From: a virus
Taxonomy: Duplodnaviria; Heunggongvirae; Uroviricota; Caudoviricetes
Strand: one strand, 5' to 3'
IMG/VR virus record: IMGVR_UViG_3300035158_000899
DNA length: 50,593 nt
Shown: positions 36,204 to 45,436 of the stretch, one piece after another
Numbering within the stretch: the stretch's first letter is position 1
Layout: every line of letters begins with the position of its first letter
The notes under the pieces: generated by a model
What the model saw: only the letters and a program-made list of their open reading frames with translations
Told to the model about the DNA's origin: nothing
The model's database searches: none
Made by a program: the position numbers and the translations under genes

Positions 36204-36587
36204 ATGAATGTCGGTATTAAGATTGAAGTCGGAGAAGTAAAACGTAAACATGATTGTAACAAATGTGGTAAAGTGTTGCCAACTGGTATTAAACGCGTAG
36301 AAATAATTACACCTTATCATGGTACTAGACGATTATGTTTTGAGTGTGGTTCTAATTATGTAGCAGAGATAATGGGGCAGTATGCAAGTACAGTTGCACA
36401 AGCGTTTGAAGACATGAAAAAGATTAATTTAGTTGCAGAGAAGGAAACTTTGAAAGAAAATATAGGAGCTATTTCGGAATTGTTTATTAATAGCTATGCA
36501 GCATTTTTTCAAGAAAAACCAAAGGAGGTTAGAAAGAAATTGGCCATTGCTTTTAAGAATCCATATTTCTTAGTTTATGATGAATAA
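36204..36587 (+). CDS. hypothetical protein with CxxC motifs
   Basis: HDCNKC...LCFEC. Confidence 0.65.
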   Translation: MNVGIKIEVGEVKRKHDCNKCGKVLPTGIKRVEIITPYHGTRRLCFECGSNYVAEIMGQYASTVAQAFEDMKKINLVAEKETLKENIGAISELFINSYAAFFQEKPKEVRKKLAIAFKNPYFLVYDE

Positions 36588-36589
36588 AT

Positions 36590-36637
36590 TTTTGTTAGGA
36601 TAAAATCTTTGAGGGTTGAAATTTAATTCACAGATAG
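36590..36637 (+). promoter_or_regulatory. repeated intergenic motif, degenerate copy 7
   Basis: ttttgttaggataaaat...cagatag upstream of AAA gene. Confidence 0.4.
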
Positions 36638-36666
36638 TATAATTAACAACAAACGAGGAGGAGATT

Positions 36667-37788
36667 GTGCCGGAGAAAGAAAAAGAAAAGCAGAGAGATA
36701 CTTATCAGTTTTACGGAAGAAAAGTTGATGCTCTTCAGTTGAAGAGATTTGTCCAGCTGAACATTGAGCTGAATGCAAAAGCGGAGAAACGTAATGAAAG
36801 ACGTTCTGTTATTTGCATTTGGGGTCATCCGGGAATAGGTAAGACTGATATTATAAAGCAGTTCCGTAACGATGATTATGATGTGAGACATATCCCCATT
36901 GCGCAATTTGAAGAAATGGGAGATATTAACGGAATGCCTGAGATTGAAGATGGAGTTACTGTTACGCGTCCACCTTCTTGGGCACCGCAGGAAGAAAAGA
37001 AAGGTATTCTTTTGCTCGACGATTTCAATAGAGCAGATCTAAGGATTCTAAAAGGAATAATGCAGCTTTTGCAGGACTATGGTATGGTAACTTGGCAGAT
37101 TCCAAAGGGCTGGACTATTTGCTTGACTGCAAATCCTGAAGGTGGAGATCATGCTGTAACGTCTCTTGATCCTGCTATTTTGTCAAGAATGAGACATGTT
37201 TCGTTAACGGAAGATTTTCGTGCTTGGGGACGTTGGGCAGAGAGTAATGATGTAGATAAGCGTGGTATTAATTTCATATTGAGATATCCTGAATTGCTTG
37301 TAACGGGCGAGAGAACGAACCCAAGAACACTTACAGAATTCTTCCGTTGTTTGGAAGTTTATCCTAAGGTGAATGAAGAGAACATGGGCGAGATAGAAAT
37401 GCTTGGCAGTGCTTCTATCGATGAAGATGTCGTTACTACTTTTGTAACGTTCTTGACAAAAGGGATGCTTGATTTGATTATTGAGCCAGAAGAGATTTTG
37501 GACAATTTCAAAAAGCAAGAAGATAAGCTTAAGAAACTTTGCAAAGATAATAGACAGGATATTTTGTCTATTATCTCTGAGCGTGTATTTATCAGGATAA
37601 CAAATGATAAATACTCTCCTGGAAATAGCCACCCCGAGAATTTGAGAGCATTTCTAAAGGTAGAAGAGATGCCGAAAGATTTGCGTTACAGTCTTACAGA
37701 GCGTATTGTCAAATCAAAGAGTTCAAAAGCAAGTATGATGCTTGTTGATGACAAGCAGCTTGTCAATCAGATTCTCCAAGTCGTTTAA
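36667..37788 (+). CDS. MoxR-like AAA+ ATPase
   Basis: Walker A GHPGIGKT, Walker B LLLDDFNRA, ICLTANP, LDPAILSR. Confidence 0.88.
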   Translation: MPEKEKEKQRDTYQFYGRKVDALQLKRFVQLNIELNAKAEKRNERRSVICIWGHPGIGKTDIIKQFRNDDYDVRHIPIAQFEEMGDINGMPEIEDGVTVTRPPSWAPQEEKKGILLLDDFNRADLRILKGIMQLLQDYGMVTWQIPKGWTICLTANPEGGDHAVTSLDPAILSRMRHVSLTEDFRAWGRWAESNDVDKRGINFILRYPELLVTGERTNPRTLTEFFRCLEVYPKVNEENMGEIEMLGSASIDEDVVTTFVTFLTKGMLDLIIEPEEILDNFKKQEDKLKKLCKDNRQDILSIISERVFIRITNDKYSPGNSHPENLRAFLKVEEMPKDLRYSLTERIVKSKSSKASMMLVDDKQLVNQILQVV

Positions 37789-37951
37789 GAGGTAAAGATG
37801 GAATTTGAAACCATAGAGTTGAAGGAAATAGGTCTCGAAAAACAGGAGAGGAAGCCACAGTCCTCTCCGGTTTCCGACGCAGAGAGAATAGCCGAATTTG
37901 ACAAGTGGCTAGTAGCCTTTTTTAGCAGGAAGCGATGCGCAGGATGGTTTC

Positions 37952-38824
37952 TTGATTTTTTTTAAGCGGTCGAAGGAAAAATTAAATGTTGATGTTGATT
38001 TAAGCAAAATATTAGGAGAATTTGTATTAAATTATATTTTTATACATTCATTCAGATTAATGCCATGGGAATTAATATCGCTTAATAATCAAGATGTTAT
38101 ATTACCTCAGGATGTTGTTGAAAGATTTGTTTGTAATAAAAAAAGTTATAATTTTACACGATTGTATAAGTATTTTGATCTCTATAAGTTTTCGGATAAA
38201 GCCATACTTGCTTTTGCGCAAAACATTTCAGCATTTAAACATATTTTACGAACACAGAATATAAGTTCAAAACTTGCAGCTGAAATATTACTTCAGCATA
38301 GTAAAGAAGATTGGGCAAAACGTTATGTAGGCAAGAAGTTTAGTTATGAAAGCCTTATTAGAAAAGTAGCAAAGGTAGCAGGAGAAGAACTAGATAAATA
38401 TCAGGTGATATTTCTTACTGATAAAAATAAGATGCTATATGGTATGTTAGCACCAATAAGAGGGTGGAAACAAAAAAGTGCAAGTAATTTTGCAGTAGGT
38501 AAAAAATATGTGTATTCCGATAATGGACATACTAAAGCATTTGTATTCATGCTTACAAAAGTAAAAGGCAATAAGATTTTTGGTACAACATTAAAAGATA
38601 AAGATGTCCAGATTGATGTTGCAAAAGCAGATTTGTGCATGAGGGAACACAAGGAGTATTGTAATTATGTTATTAATGAATTTCATAAATCTTACAAAAC
38701 AAGACAACTACGTACCCACCGAAAAGGTTACGATGTAGAGCCTAATGATGTTAACTTTAGTAGTTTTGATAAAGATAATTTAACTATTAGAAAGAAGCGA
38801 AGCAAGGGGGAAATACTATTATGA
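37952..38824 (+). CDS. hypothetical protein
   Basis: 290 aa ORF between AAA and vWA genes; start uncertain. Confidence 0.65.
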   Translation: MIFFKRSKEKLNVDVDLSKILGEFVLNYIFIHSFRLMPWELISLNNQDVILPQDVVERFVCNKKSYNFTRLYKYFDLYKFSDKAILAFAQNISAFKHILRTQNISSKLAAEILLQHSKEDWAKRYVGKKFSYESLIRKVAKVAGEELDKYQVIFLTDKNKMLYGMLAPIRGWKQKSASNFAVGKKYVYSDNGHTKAFVFMLTKVKGNKIFGTTLKDKDVQIDVAKADLCMREHKEYCNYVINEFHKSYKTRQLRTHRKGYDVEPNDVNFSSFDKDNLTIRKKRSKGEILL

Positions 38825-40119
38825 ATCACAGTGATGTAGATCTTGCACTTAGTAAAACTATTGTTTCTTTGATAAGAAAGAAACCGTTTTATGGTCATGT
38901 TTTAGCTCAGATGTCGAAACATATAACCGACAGGGTGCCAACGCTTGCAGTAGCTATTACAAACAGATTACTTCTGTATGTGAACCCAACATTTTTTATG
39001 AGTCTTAGCGAAAACCACAGATGTGGCGTTTTAGAACATGAAGTTAATCATGTTACTTTCTTGCATGTAACCAGAGGAAGAAATTTTAGTTACCATTCTG
39101 TGGCTAACATTGCTATGGATATTATTGTTAATCAATTCATTGAAAGGAACGATCTTCCGAAAGAAGGTTTGCTTCCTGAGCAATTTGGGTTAGCTAAGAA
39201 CGAAACATTACAATACTATTACGATAAGTTGCTAAAGAAGATGCCGAAAGTAACTGTCAAGGTAATGGGACAAGGTAAAAGACAAGGTAAAGGACAAAGT
39301 CAGGGGCAAAGTCAGGGGCAAAAAGGTGAAAGTGAAGGACAGGGTAAAGAAAAGAGGCAAAAAGGAGAAGGAGATAGAAGCGGTGATGAAGGGCAAGTTG
39401 TTGTTACAATAGATAGTCATGATCAATGGGGTAAAGATGAGAAAGTCGGCGGCCAAGAAGGTGAAATAATAGCTTCTGATGTTATTAAAGAAAGTATTAT
39501 CAAGGAATGTATTAGACATGCTAAAGAAGCTTCACACGGGGATGGCATTGGAGATATGGCAGGTGCAATAGAAGAGTTACTTAAACCGCCTTCAAGAGCT
39601 AAACTTCCATGGAAAGTATTACTTAGAAGATTTCTATCTCACGCCACCAGAACCACAATTGACTATACAAAGAAACGTGTATCAAAAAGGTACAAGACTA
39701 GACCCGGAATAAAGCTCGGTAGTGTGCTTGATATTGCTGTAGCTATAGATACTTCTGGTTCTATTAGTTCTGAAGATCTACAAATGTTTTCAAGTGAAGT
39801 TAGAGAAATTTCGAGATCTGGTACTGGTGTAACAATAATTGAGTGTGATGCAGATATACAGAGGATATATGAATTAAAGAATAATGAAATAATAACAGAA
39901 GTACATGGCAGAGGTGGTACTGATTTTAGACCTGTTTTTGAATATTTAGATAAACCAAGAAACAAGAAAGATGCTTTGGTTTTCTTTACGGATTCACAAG
40001 GTCCAGCTCCAGATAAGAGTAGATTACCTACATTGTGGGTTTTGACACATGGAAATAAAAGACCTGCCCCATTCGGTCTTGAAGTTGAATTGCCAAAGGT
40101 TGTAGAATGTGATGATTAA
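38821..40119 (+). CDS. DUF2201-type metallopeptidase-like/vWA domain protein
   Basis: LEHEVNH (HExxH), G/Q/E-rich linker, MIDAS VAIDTSGS, GRGGTDF. Confidence 0.88.
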   Translation: MNHSDVDLALSKTIVSLIRKKPFYGHVLAQMSKHITDRVPTLAVAITNRLLLYVNPTFFMSLSENHRCGVLEHEVNHVTFLHVTRGRNFSYHSVANIAMDIIVNQFIERNDLPKEGLLPEQFGLAKNETLQYYYDKLLKKMPKVTVKVMGQGKRQGKGQSQGQSQGQKGESEGQGKEKRQKGEGDRSGDEGQVVVTIDSHDQWGKDEKVGGQEGEIIASDVIKESIIKECIRHAKEASHGDGIGDMAGAIEELLKPPSRAKLPWKVLLRRFLSHATRTTIDYTKKRVSKRYKTRPGIKLGSVLDIAVAIDTSGSISSEDLQMFSSEVREISRSGTGVTIIECDADIQRIYELKNNEIITEVHGRGGTDFRPVFEYLDKPRNKKDALVFFTDSQGPAPDKSRLPTLWVLTHGNKRPAPFGLEVELPKVVECDD

Positions 40120-40128
40120 GGAGATGCA

Positions 40129-40938
40129 ATGGCTTATACAGAACACGTTCCTGATGCAAGGAGAATAGCTGTTCTTAACGGACAGGCATTCTATTTTCGT
40201 AAGACAGGTGAAATTTCAGTTCAGCAACCCGGGCTCGATATAAGTTATCCTTTCTTGTATCCTGATTTACCACCAATGCCAGAGATTAGTTCATCAGCAA
40301 CAAGACAAGGTATCGGCGGCAAAGTGGTAAGGGTACATGAAACTGATGAAATAATGTTAGAGGCTAAAAGACGCAATAGGTTCGGTGTTTATATTCATCG
40401 TTTTGTTTTAGAAGAGAACAAATGGCGTAAAATAATGCCCAAAAGATATAAACAAGAGTACGCTGATAAAACAACATCAATGTTAAATAGTGTACCTTGG
40501 GAAGAATATGTTAAGGATTGGGAAACGTTTGATACTGTAGAAAAGTTATTTTTTTGCGAAATATGTAAGTTAGATAGCAGCATTATAAGAAGATTGACAA
40601 AGAAGCAAGCGATTAGATATTGTGAGAGCATGGTTCGTTATTTCAATAAAGAATATTTATATGAGCAAATCACTATTGAAAAGAACTCATGGGAGCAGGT
40701 TGCGGGAGTAAAAATTGTTATAGACAAACAAACAAAAAGTGATATAATATTTTTAGTTAAAAATTTTGGAGCTAGGATATTCTTTGCCATCCTTAACGGT
40801 AATAGTTATGAGGGTAATCATTATAAGGAGTTTTTTAAAGATAGTTTAAGGGAAAAACTTATAGAAATAGCGAAAGAAGAACAAGAACATATTAAACACA
40901 ATAAGGCATTTTTAAAATTTCTTGTAGGTGCAAGATAA
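40129..40938 (+). CDS. hypothetical protein
   Basis: 269 aa ORF; AAGGAG RBS. Confidence 0.7.
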   Translation: MAYTEHVPDARRIAVLNGQAFYFRKTGEISVQQPGLDISYPFLYPDLPPMPEISSSATRQGIGGKVVRVHETDEIMLEAKRRNRFGVYIHRFVLEENKWRKIMPKRYKQEYADKTTSMLNSVPWEEYVKDWETFDTVEKLFFCEICKLDSSIIRRLTKKQAIRYCESMVRYFNKEYLYEQITIEKNSWEQVAGVKIVIDKQTKSDIIFLVKNFGARIFFAILNGNSYEGNHYKEFFKDSLREKLIEIAKEEQEHIKHNKAFLKFLVGAR

Positions 40939-41010
40939 ATAAATTCTCCTCCTTGTGTTAACGCACAAGACGGACGAGGGGAGGCAGCACCCCTCGTCCA
41001 CTCCTGCTAT

Positions 41011-41556
41011 GTGGTATTTCAAATATTGATATGTAAAATTAATATGATGAATATAGTGTTTGATAAGAGGTTTTTCAAGAATTTGAATAATTTAGTTAAA
41101 TCTCGAAATATACAGATGGAAATCCAAATAATTTTAAGGAATGGTGCTGTCGCTGTACTCCCTATAACTAGAATCAGAACAGTGGGAGGAAATGATAAAA
41201 TACATTTGAATAAGTTATCAAATGGTTTGTGGGAAATTGTGTATGGTAAGCAGTTAATGATTGATTTTGATGAGATTGGACAGATCAATATAAAGAAACG
41301 TTGTTATAAAGAAGGCATTATTAGAAAGATAGATTGCATCAAGAAAGAAGATTATATTCCACCGGTAAGGAAAAGAAGAGCAGGTAAAACCGTTAAAGAT
41401 TGTGTTAGAGAAATTTTGTTAAAAGATTCAACTGTATCAGGTTTTCAAATTGCTAAGTATGTTGCAAAGAAAAGGAAACGTAAAATGTATCTTTTAAGTG
41501 GTGTAATGCTTAAAGAAATTCGAGAGGAATTGTTTGGAAAAAAGAAACCAAAATAA
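41011..41556 (+). CDS. hypothetical basic protein
   Basis: ORF track; start uncertain. Confidence 0.55.
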   Translation: MVFQILICKINMMNIVFDKRFFKNLNNLVKSRNIQMEIQIILRNGAVAVLPITRIRTVGGNDKIHLNKLSNGLWEIVYGKQLMIDFDEIGQINIKKRCYKEGIIRKIDCIKKEDYIPPVRKRRAGKTVKDCVREILLKDSTVSGFQIAKYVAKKRKRKMYLLSGVMLKEIREELFGKKKPK

Positions 41557-41581
41557 AAATATATATGAATCAGCTATTGTT

Positions 41582-41605
41582 AACCCCGCTAAATGCGGGG
41601 TTTTT
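41582..41605 (+). terminator. intrinsic terminator
   Basis: AACCCCGC-TAAAT-GCGGGGTT plus T run. Confidence 0.65.
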
Positions 41606-41621
41606 ATTCAAAGGAGGAGAA

Positions 41622-41855
41622 ATGCAGGCCACAATTAAAATTGAAGATGATGTACCAAAGAAAGAATGGAGTGGAATAATAGATGTGGTTGTTGAAGATA
41701 TTAAGTTTTTGTTAAAGAGTGATGATGAAAACAGTATAATAAGTGGTGGAACAATAACAGATGAAAAGAAAGGTGAAACCTTATGTGTGTATACTGTAGA
41801 TGTAGATGAAAAATGCGAAAGAATTAAAGGTAAGAGTAAGAAGAGGAGAAAATAA
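41622..41855 (+). CDS. hypothetical protein
   Basis: ATG 41622 after AAGGAGG. Confidence 0.6.
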   Translation: MQATIKIEDDVPKKEWSGIIDVVVEDIKFLLKSDDENSIISGGTITDEKKGETLCVYTVDVDEKCERIKGKSKKRRK

Positions 41856-42134
41856 ATGAAAAAGCAAGTGTTTGAAAAGATGGTTAAGGTAAGAGTCGAA
41901 GCTGAAGATTATGGTGAGCTTGTTTATATTAAAGGCGATGATCGCATTATTTCAAAGGAATTTTATGATACAATGGTAAAGAAACATGGGCCGAAATGGC
42001 TTCTAGATGACTCTGTAGAAATACCCAACACAGAAGATTTTGTCGTTCCCACCAAGGATTATCTGAAGTGGTATAAAGAAGACGCATTTTATGAATACGG
42101 GAAAAAGAACCATTTAATCCCCTCCCTGCATTAA
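41856..42134 (+). CDS. hypothetical protein
   Basis: ORF track; AGGAG RBS. Confidence 0.6.
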   Translation: MKKQVFEKMVKVRVEAEDYGELVYIKGDDRIISKEFYDTMVKKHGPKWLLDDSVEIPNTEDFVVPTKDYLKWYKEDAFYEYGKKNHLIPSLH

Positions 42135-42169
42135 GGGCCGGAAGATTTCATCTTTTTGTACGCGATTGG

Positions 42170-42517
42170 GTGTGGAATGATGGAATGATGTATGATATCG
42201 AAGGGAAACCAATATGCAGAGCGATACATTTTGATTATATAAATTCGCACATTGATAATAGCAGTTTTTATTTGAAGAAAGTTTTAAAGTATCTTAGGTC
42301 TCATAAAAAAGTTAAGAACGCAGAAATAATTGAAATACCGTATTATAATCAACAAGAAGGTAGAGAACGTGGTATAGAATTCACTTATTTGCCAGGAGAA
42401 AAGGAATTCCAGAAGATAGCCAAAATGGGTGGATATGTAGGTAGCTCTGAATATGTAATGTCTGTTGCTTTGAAATTAAACCGATTTAAGAAACCAGAGG
42501 TTGATGACGATGAGTAA
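42170..42517 (+). CDS. hypothetical protein
   Basis: ORF track. Confidence 0.6.
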   Translation: MWNDGMMYDIEGKPICRAIHFDYINSHIDNSSFYLKKVLKYLRSHKKVKNAEIIEIPYYNQQEGRERGIEFTYLPGEKEFQKIAKMGGYVGSSEYVMSVALKLNRFKKPEVDDDE

Positions 42518-42755
42518 TTGGGAAAAATTTAGATTAATAGCAGCTATAGTTATAACGATACTTTTTACACTTGCAATAACGCAAATAACAAATATCAATT
42601 GGGAAAAGCAAGTTGAGATACAAAGGTTAAGAACAATAGAGTTTCAATGCAGGTGGAAGATGGATAGCTTAGAAGCTGTTGAAGGTAAAGGGGAATGGAA
42701 AAATGTTGGATCATTTGTAAAACAATAGAAATATAAAGATATCAAAGGAGGCTTT

Positions 42756-43256
42756 ATGAAACGAGGATGGTTATTGCTATTCCTCTTTTTTGTCTCATCT
42801 GCGAATATGAGAGTAATTAAAATAACTGGTAGTAATGAGAGCATAAAAGAGGAAGATGTTGGCAAGATTGTTTTTACTGATTCAAATATGATAATTGAAG
42901 GACCTGAAAGAACTATACCTATTGATAGTATCTGGAAGATAGTTTTTAAAGATACTGTTCATGAAGCTGTGAAATTTACTAAAAAAGACATCATGTCTTT
43001 AAGTAAAGTTTATCCTAATCCTTTTAACCCCATTATCGTTATTGATTTCAACATAGAAAGAGCAGGCAAGCTAAATGTTTCTATTTACAATTGCTTAGGG
43101 AAGAAAGTCAAAACACTTGTAGACGAACACAAAAGCGCCGGAGATTATAAGGTTGTTTGGGACGAAGATAAATCAATAGCCGCCGGTACATATATATTGA
43201 AGATTGTTTTAGATAATGAAATGATAAGTAGTAATAAACTTGTATTCCTTAAATAG
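42756..43256 (+). CDS. secreted protein with T9SS type-A/FlgD-Ig-like C-terminal domain
   Basis: Signal peptide MKRGWLLLFLFFVSSA; VYPNPFNP...IYNCLGKKVKTLV...AGDYKVVWD...AGTYILKI. Confidence 0.8.
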   Translation: MKRGWLLLFLFFVSSANMRVIKITGSNESIKEEDVGKIVFTDSNMIIEGPERTIPIDSIWKIVFKDTVHEAVKFTKKDIMSLSKVYPNPFNPIIVIDFNIERAGKLNVSIYNCLGKKVKTLVDEHKSAGDYKVVWDEDKSIAAGTYILKIVLDNEMISSNKLVFLK

Positions 43257-43265
43257 GAGGGTATA

Positions 43266-43754
43266 ATGAAACGTCTAATTATTTTGCTGTTACTATTTTC
43301 CACAACTTTGTTCGCGAAAGAACTTATTATATACTATGGGCAAGGTGCAATGTCAATGCCTTTGGATACTATAGACAGCCTTAAGATAGATACACGTCTT
43401 AAGATATACCCTAATGACCAATAGGTGAATACAGGCATTGAAATAAAAGCCGGAAAAAGTATAATTGTAGTAGCAACAGGTTCTGTGAATAGCCTAGTAT
43501 ATGGCAATATTGATCCTGATGGATTGACAACGAGTGATCATTTTTTCTTCGTAAAAAGAGAAAGGGGATACGCCCTATACGCAAAAGCTGGAGAAAATGG
43601 TGCACCTTTTTATGTAGGTAGAGATTTTCTTGGTATGATTGGAACAGGCATTCTTTATTTTGCAATAAATTCTCATTTACATTATACAGATACTGGATAT
43701 TTTGTTATTGACTTTTTGAAAGTTGGTGGAGAAATAATTATAAACAATCCGTAA
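43266..43754 (+). pseudogene. secreted protein with in-frame TAG (43422-24)
   Basis: MKRLIILLLLFSTTLFA...YPNDQ*VNTGIEIKAGKSI... same frame as ORF 43425-43754. Confidence 0.65.
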
Positions 43755-43755
43755 G

Positions 43756-44119
43756 ATGCCTAAGCAAATAACAGTCGAAGAATTTTTAAAGGTAAAAGAT
43801 GCTCTTGGTTTGTCTTGGGGTACTTTGTGTATGTATTCTAATTTATCAGAAGACTTTTTCTAATGAAGTAGATTGGTATAATATTTCAAAACGCCAAAAG
43901 CTCAGTGAAGATTTTATAAGAGAATTTAAAGATCGAGTGGATTGGAGTACAATATGCGAAACATAGCAATTAAGTGAAGCCCTCATAGAAGAATTTAAAG
44001 ACCGGATAGATTGGGGATATGTATCCAGGTTTCAAAAATTAAGTGAGAAATTTATAAGGAAGTATAGCAGAAAAGTGTCATGGTATGGTATTTCAAGATA
44101 CCAAAAACTCAGTGGCTAA
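43756..44119 (+). pseudogene. tryptophan-repeat protein (VDW..IS..QKLSE.FI.EF.DR), disrupted
   Basis: About four 23-aa repeats; frameshift ~43860 and in-frame TAG 43964-66 at the consensus Gln. Confidence 0.75.
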
Positions 44120-44398
44120 GTCCTCAACCGGTTCTCGGTATGAGATACTGAAAGCCTGGACTATGAACAAAAAATGAATTTCACGGTACGTTTGGGTACG
44201 GTGACGAACTGTGCGGGGTGGTTGATGCGAGCAAGCTATGTGCAATTGTCAATGACCTAGATCGGGACTCAGAGACTCCTCTATGTCCCAAAAAGGGGGT
44301 ATTATGGGTATGATAGTGTTGAAGTAATATGGGGTGATCTTCCAGCAAAGCCTAAAGACATAAGCTCAAGTAAAGCGATTAAGAGAAAGGGGCTATTA

Positions 44399-45151
44399 AT
44401 GGTTTTGATTAGTGAACTGAAAAGTCTCAACGGATACTGGAAATACGAAGAAGGCAAGAAGTATCTGGCAAAGCTGACAAGTGGTAAGATTTCAGATACA
44501 TTCGTGAATACTGGAGTGCTGACGATGCTCCCTGTATTGTTAGAAAATATTGTTAGTAACCTGTATAAAGGATATGTTTCTGAAATACCGGAGGGTGCTT
44601 ATACTGAAATAATTAAATATAATCCAGATTATGTCTGCTCACCATCTGTAGGAGCAATAACTCTTGGCTATGAACTAGCGAGAAAATTTCCATGTAAGGC
44701 AATATTCACAGAGCCAAAGTATGATATAATGAGATGTAATTATGGATGTAATGATTTAGTATGTCCATGTGATGAATTAACGATAATTAAAAACGGGCAA
44801 GAGCTCAAACGGTTTGAGATATCAGAAGGCTCAAGGATACTGTTTGCTGAGGACGTGGTAACAACAGGTAAGTCAACAAGAGAAATGATAATGGCCGTTG
44901 ATAAATCTTGCGGTGAAGGAAAGATTAAAGTTATACCCTATCTTTTGTGTCTTGTAAATAGGTCTGGTATGGATAAAATCGGAATATCTTCCGATGTTAG
45001 GGTATCATCGAGATTGAGCTTGAAGATTATCTCTCTTGCAGAAGTCAATGCAAGGACATGGGATACTCTTGAGGATGCTCAGAGGGATTGCCCCAGTGTG
45101 ATTGAGGCACTGGGACCAAAACAGAATTGGAAGAAACTTGTGGAGGGGTAA
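44399..45151 (+). CDS. type I phosphoribosyltransferase (orotate PRTase-like)
   Basis: LTSGKISDTFVN, VCSPSVGAITLGYELAR, PRPP motif ILFAEDVVTTGKS. Confidence 0.8.
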   Translation: MVLISELKSLNGYWKYEEGKKYLAKLTSGKISDTFVNTGVLTMLPVLLENIVSNLYKGYVSEIPEGAYTEIIKYNPDYVCSPSVGAITLGYELARKFPCKAIFTEPKYDIMRCNYGCNDLVCPCDELTIIKNGQELKRFEISEGSRILFAEDVVTTGKSTREMIMAVDKSCGEGKIKVIPYLLCLVNRSGMDKIGISSDVRVSSRLSLKIISLAEVNARTWDTLEDAQRDCPSVIEALGPKQNWKKLVEG

Positions 45152-45370
45152 GATGAATTTATGCCCAGATGGTGTACAGGCGTGTTATCAGGAATCTGGG
45201 TAGAGCAGGTGATTATGGGACCCAAAAAGAACTAATGGCAAAACAGAATTGGAAACTGGTGGAGGGATAAGCAAATGAATCAACGAAGTAATACCGATGT
45301 AATCCCCTGGTGCAAGTCTCAGAGATCGAAGAATTTGTAGAAAGATGCCTTGAAGAGACAGGTAGAATAT

Positions 45371-45413
45371 AATTGTAAGGATAAAATTCGTTTTCAAATA
45401 TATTTATAGGTAG
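45371..45413 (+). promoter_or_regulatory. repeated intergenic motif, copy 8
   Basis: aattgtaaggataaaattcgttttcaaatatatttataggtag. Confidence 0.55.
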
Positions 45414-45436
45414 AAACCTATAAAAGGAGTTTATAT

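Noticed and set aside
9954-43966. Stop-codon reassignment (TAG=Gln or TGA=Trp/Sec) to explain in-frame stops
   Set aside because: All three stop types occur in-frame, TAG and TGA clearly terminate intact genes (e.g. PolX TAG, RAMP TGA), and frameshifts co-occur; nonsense mutation is more parsimonious.
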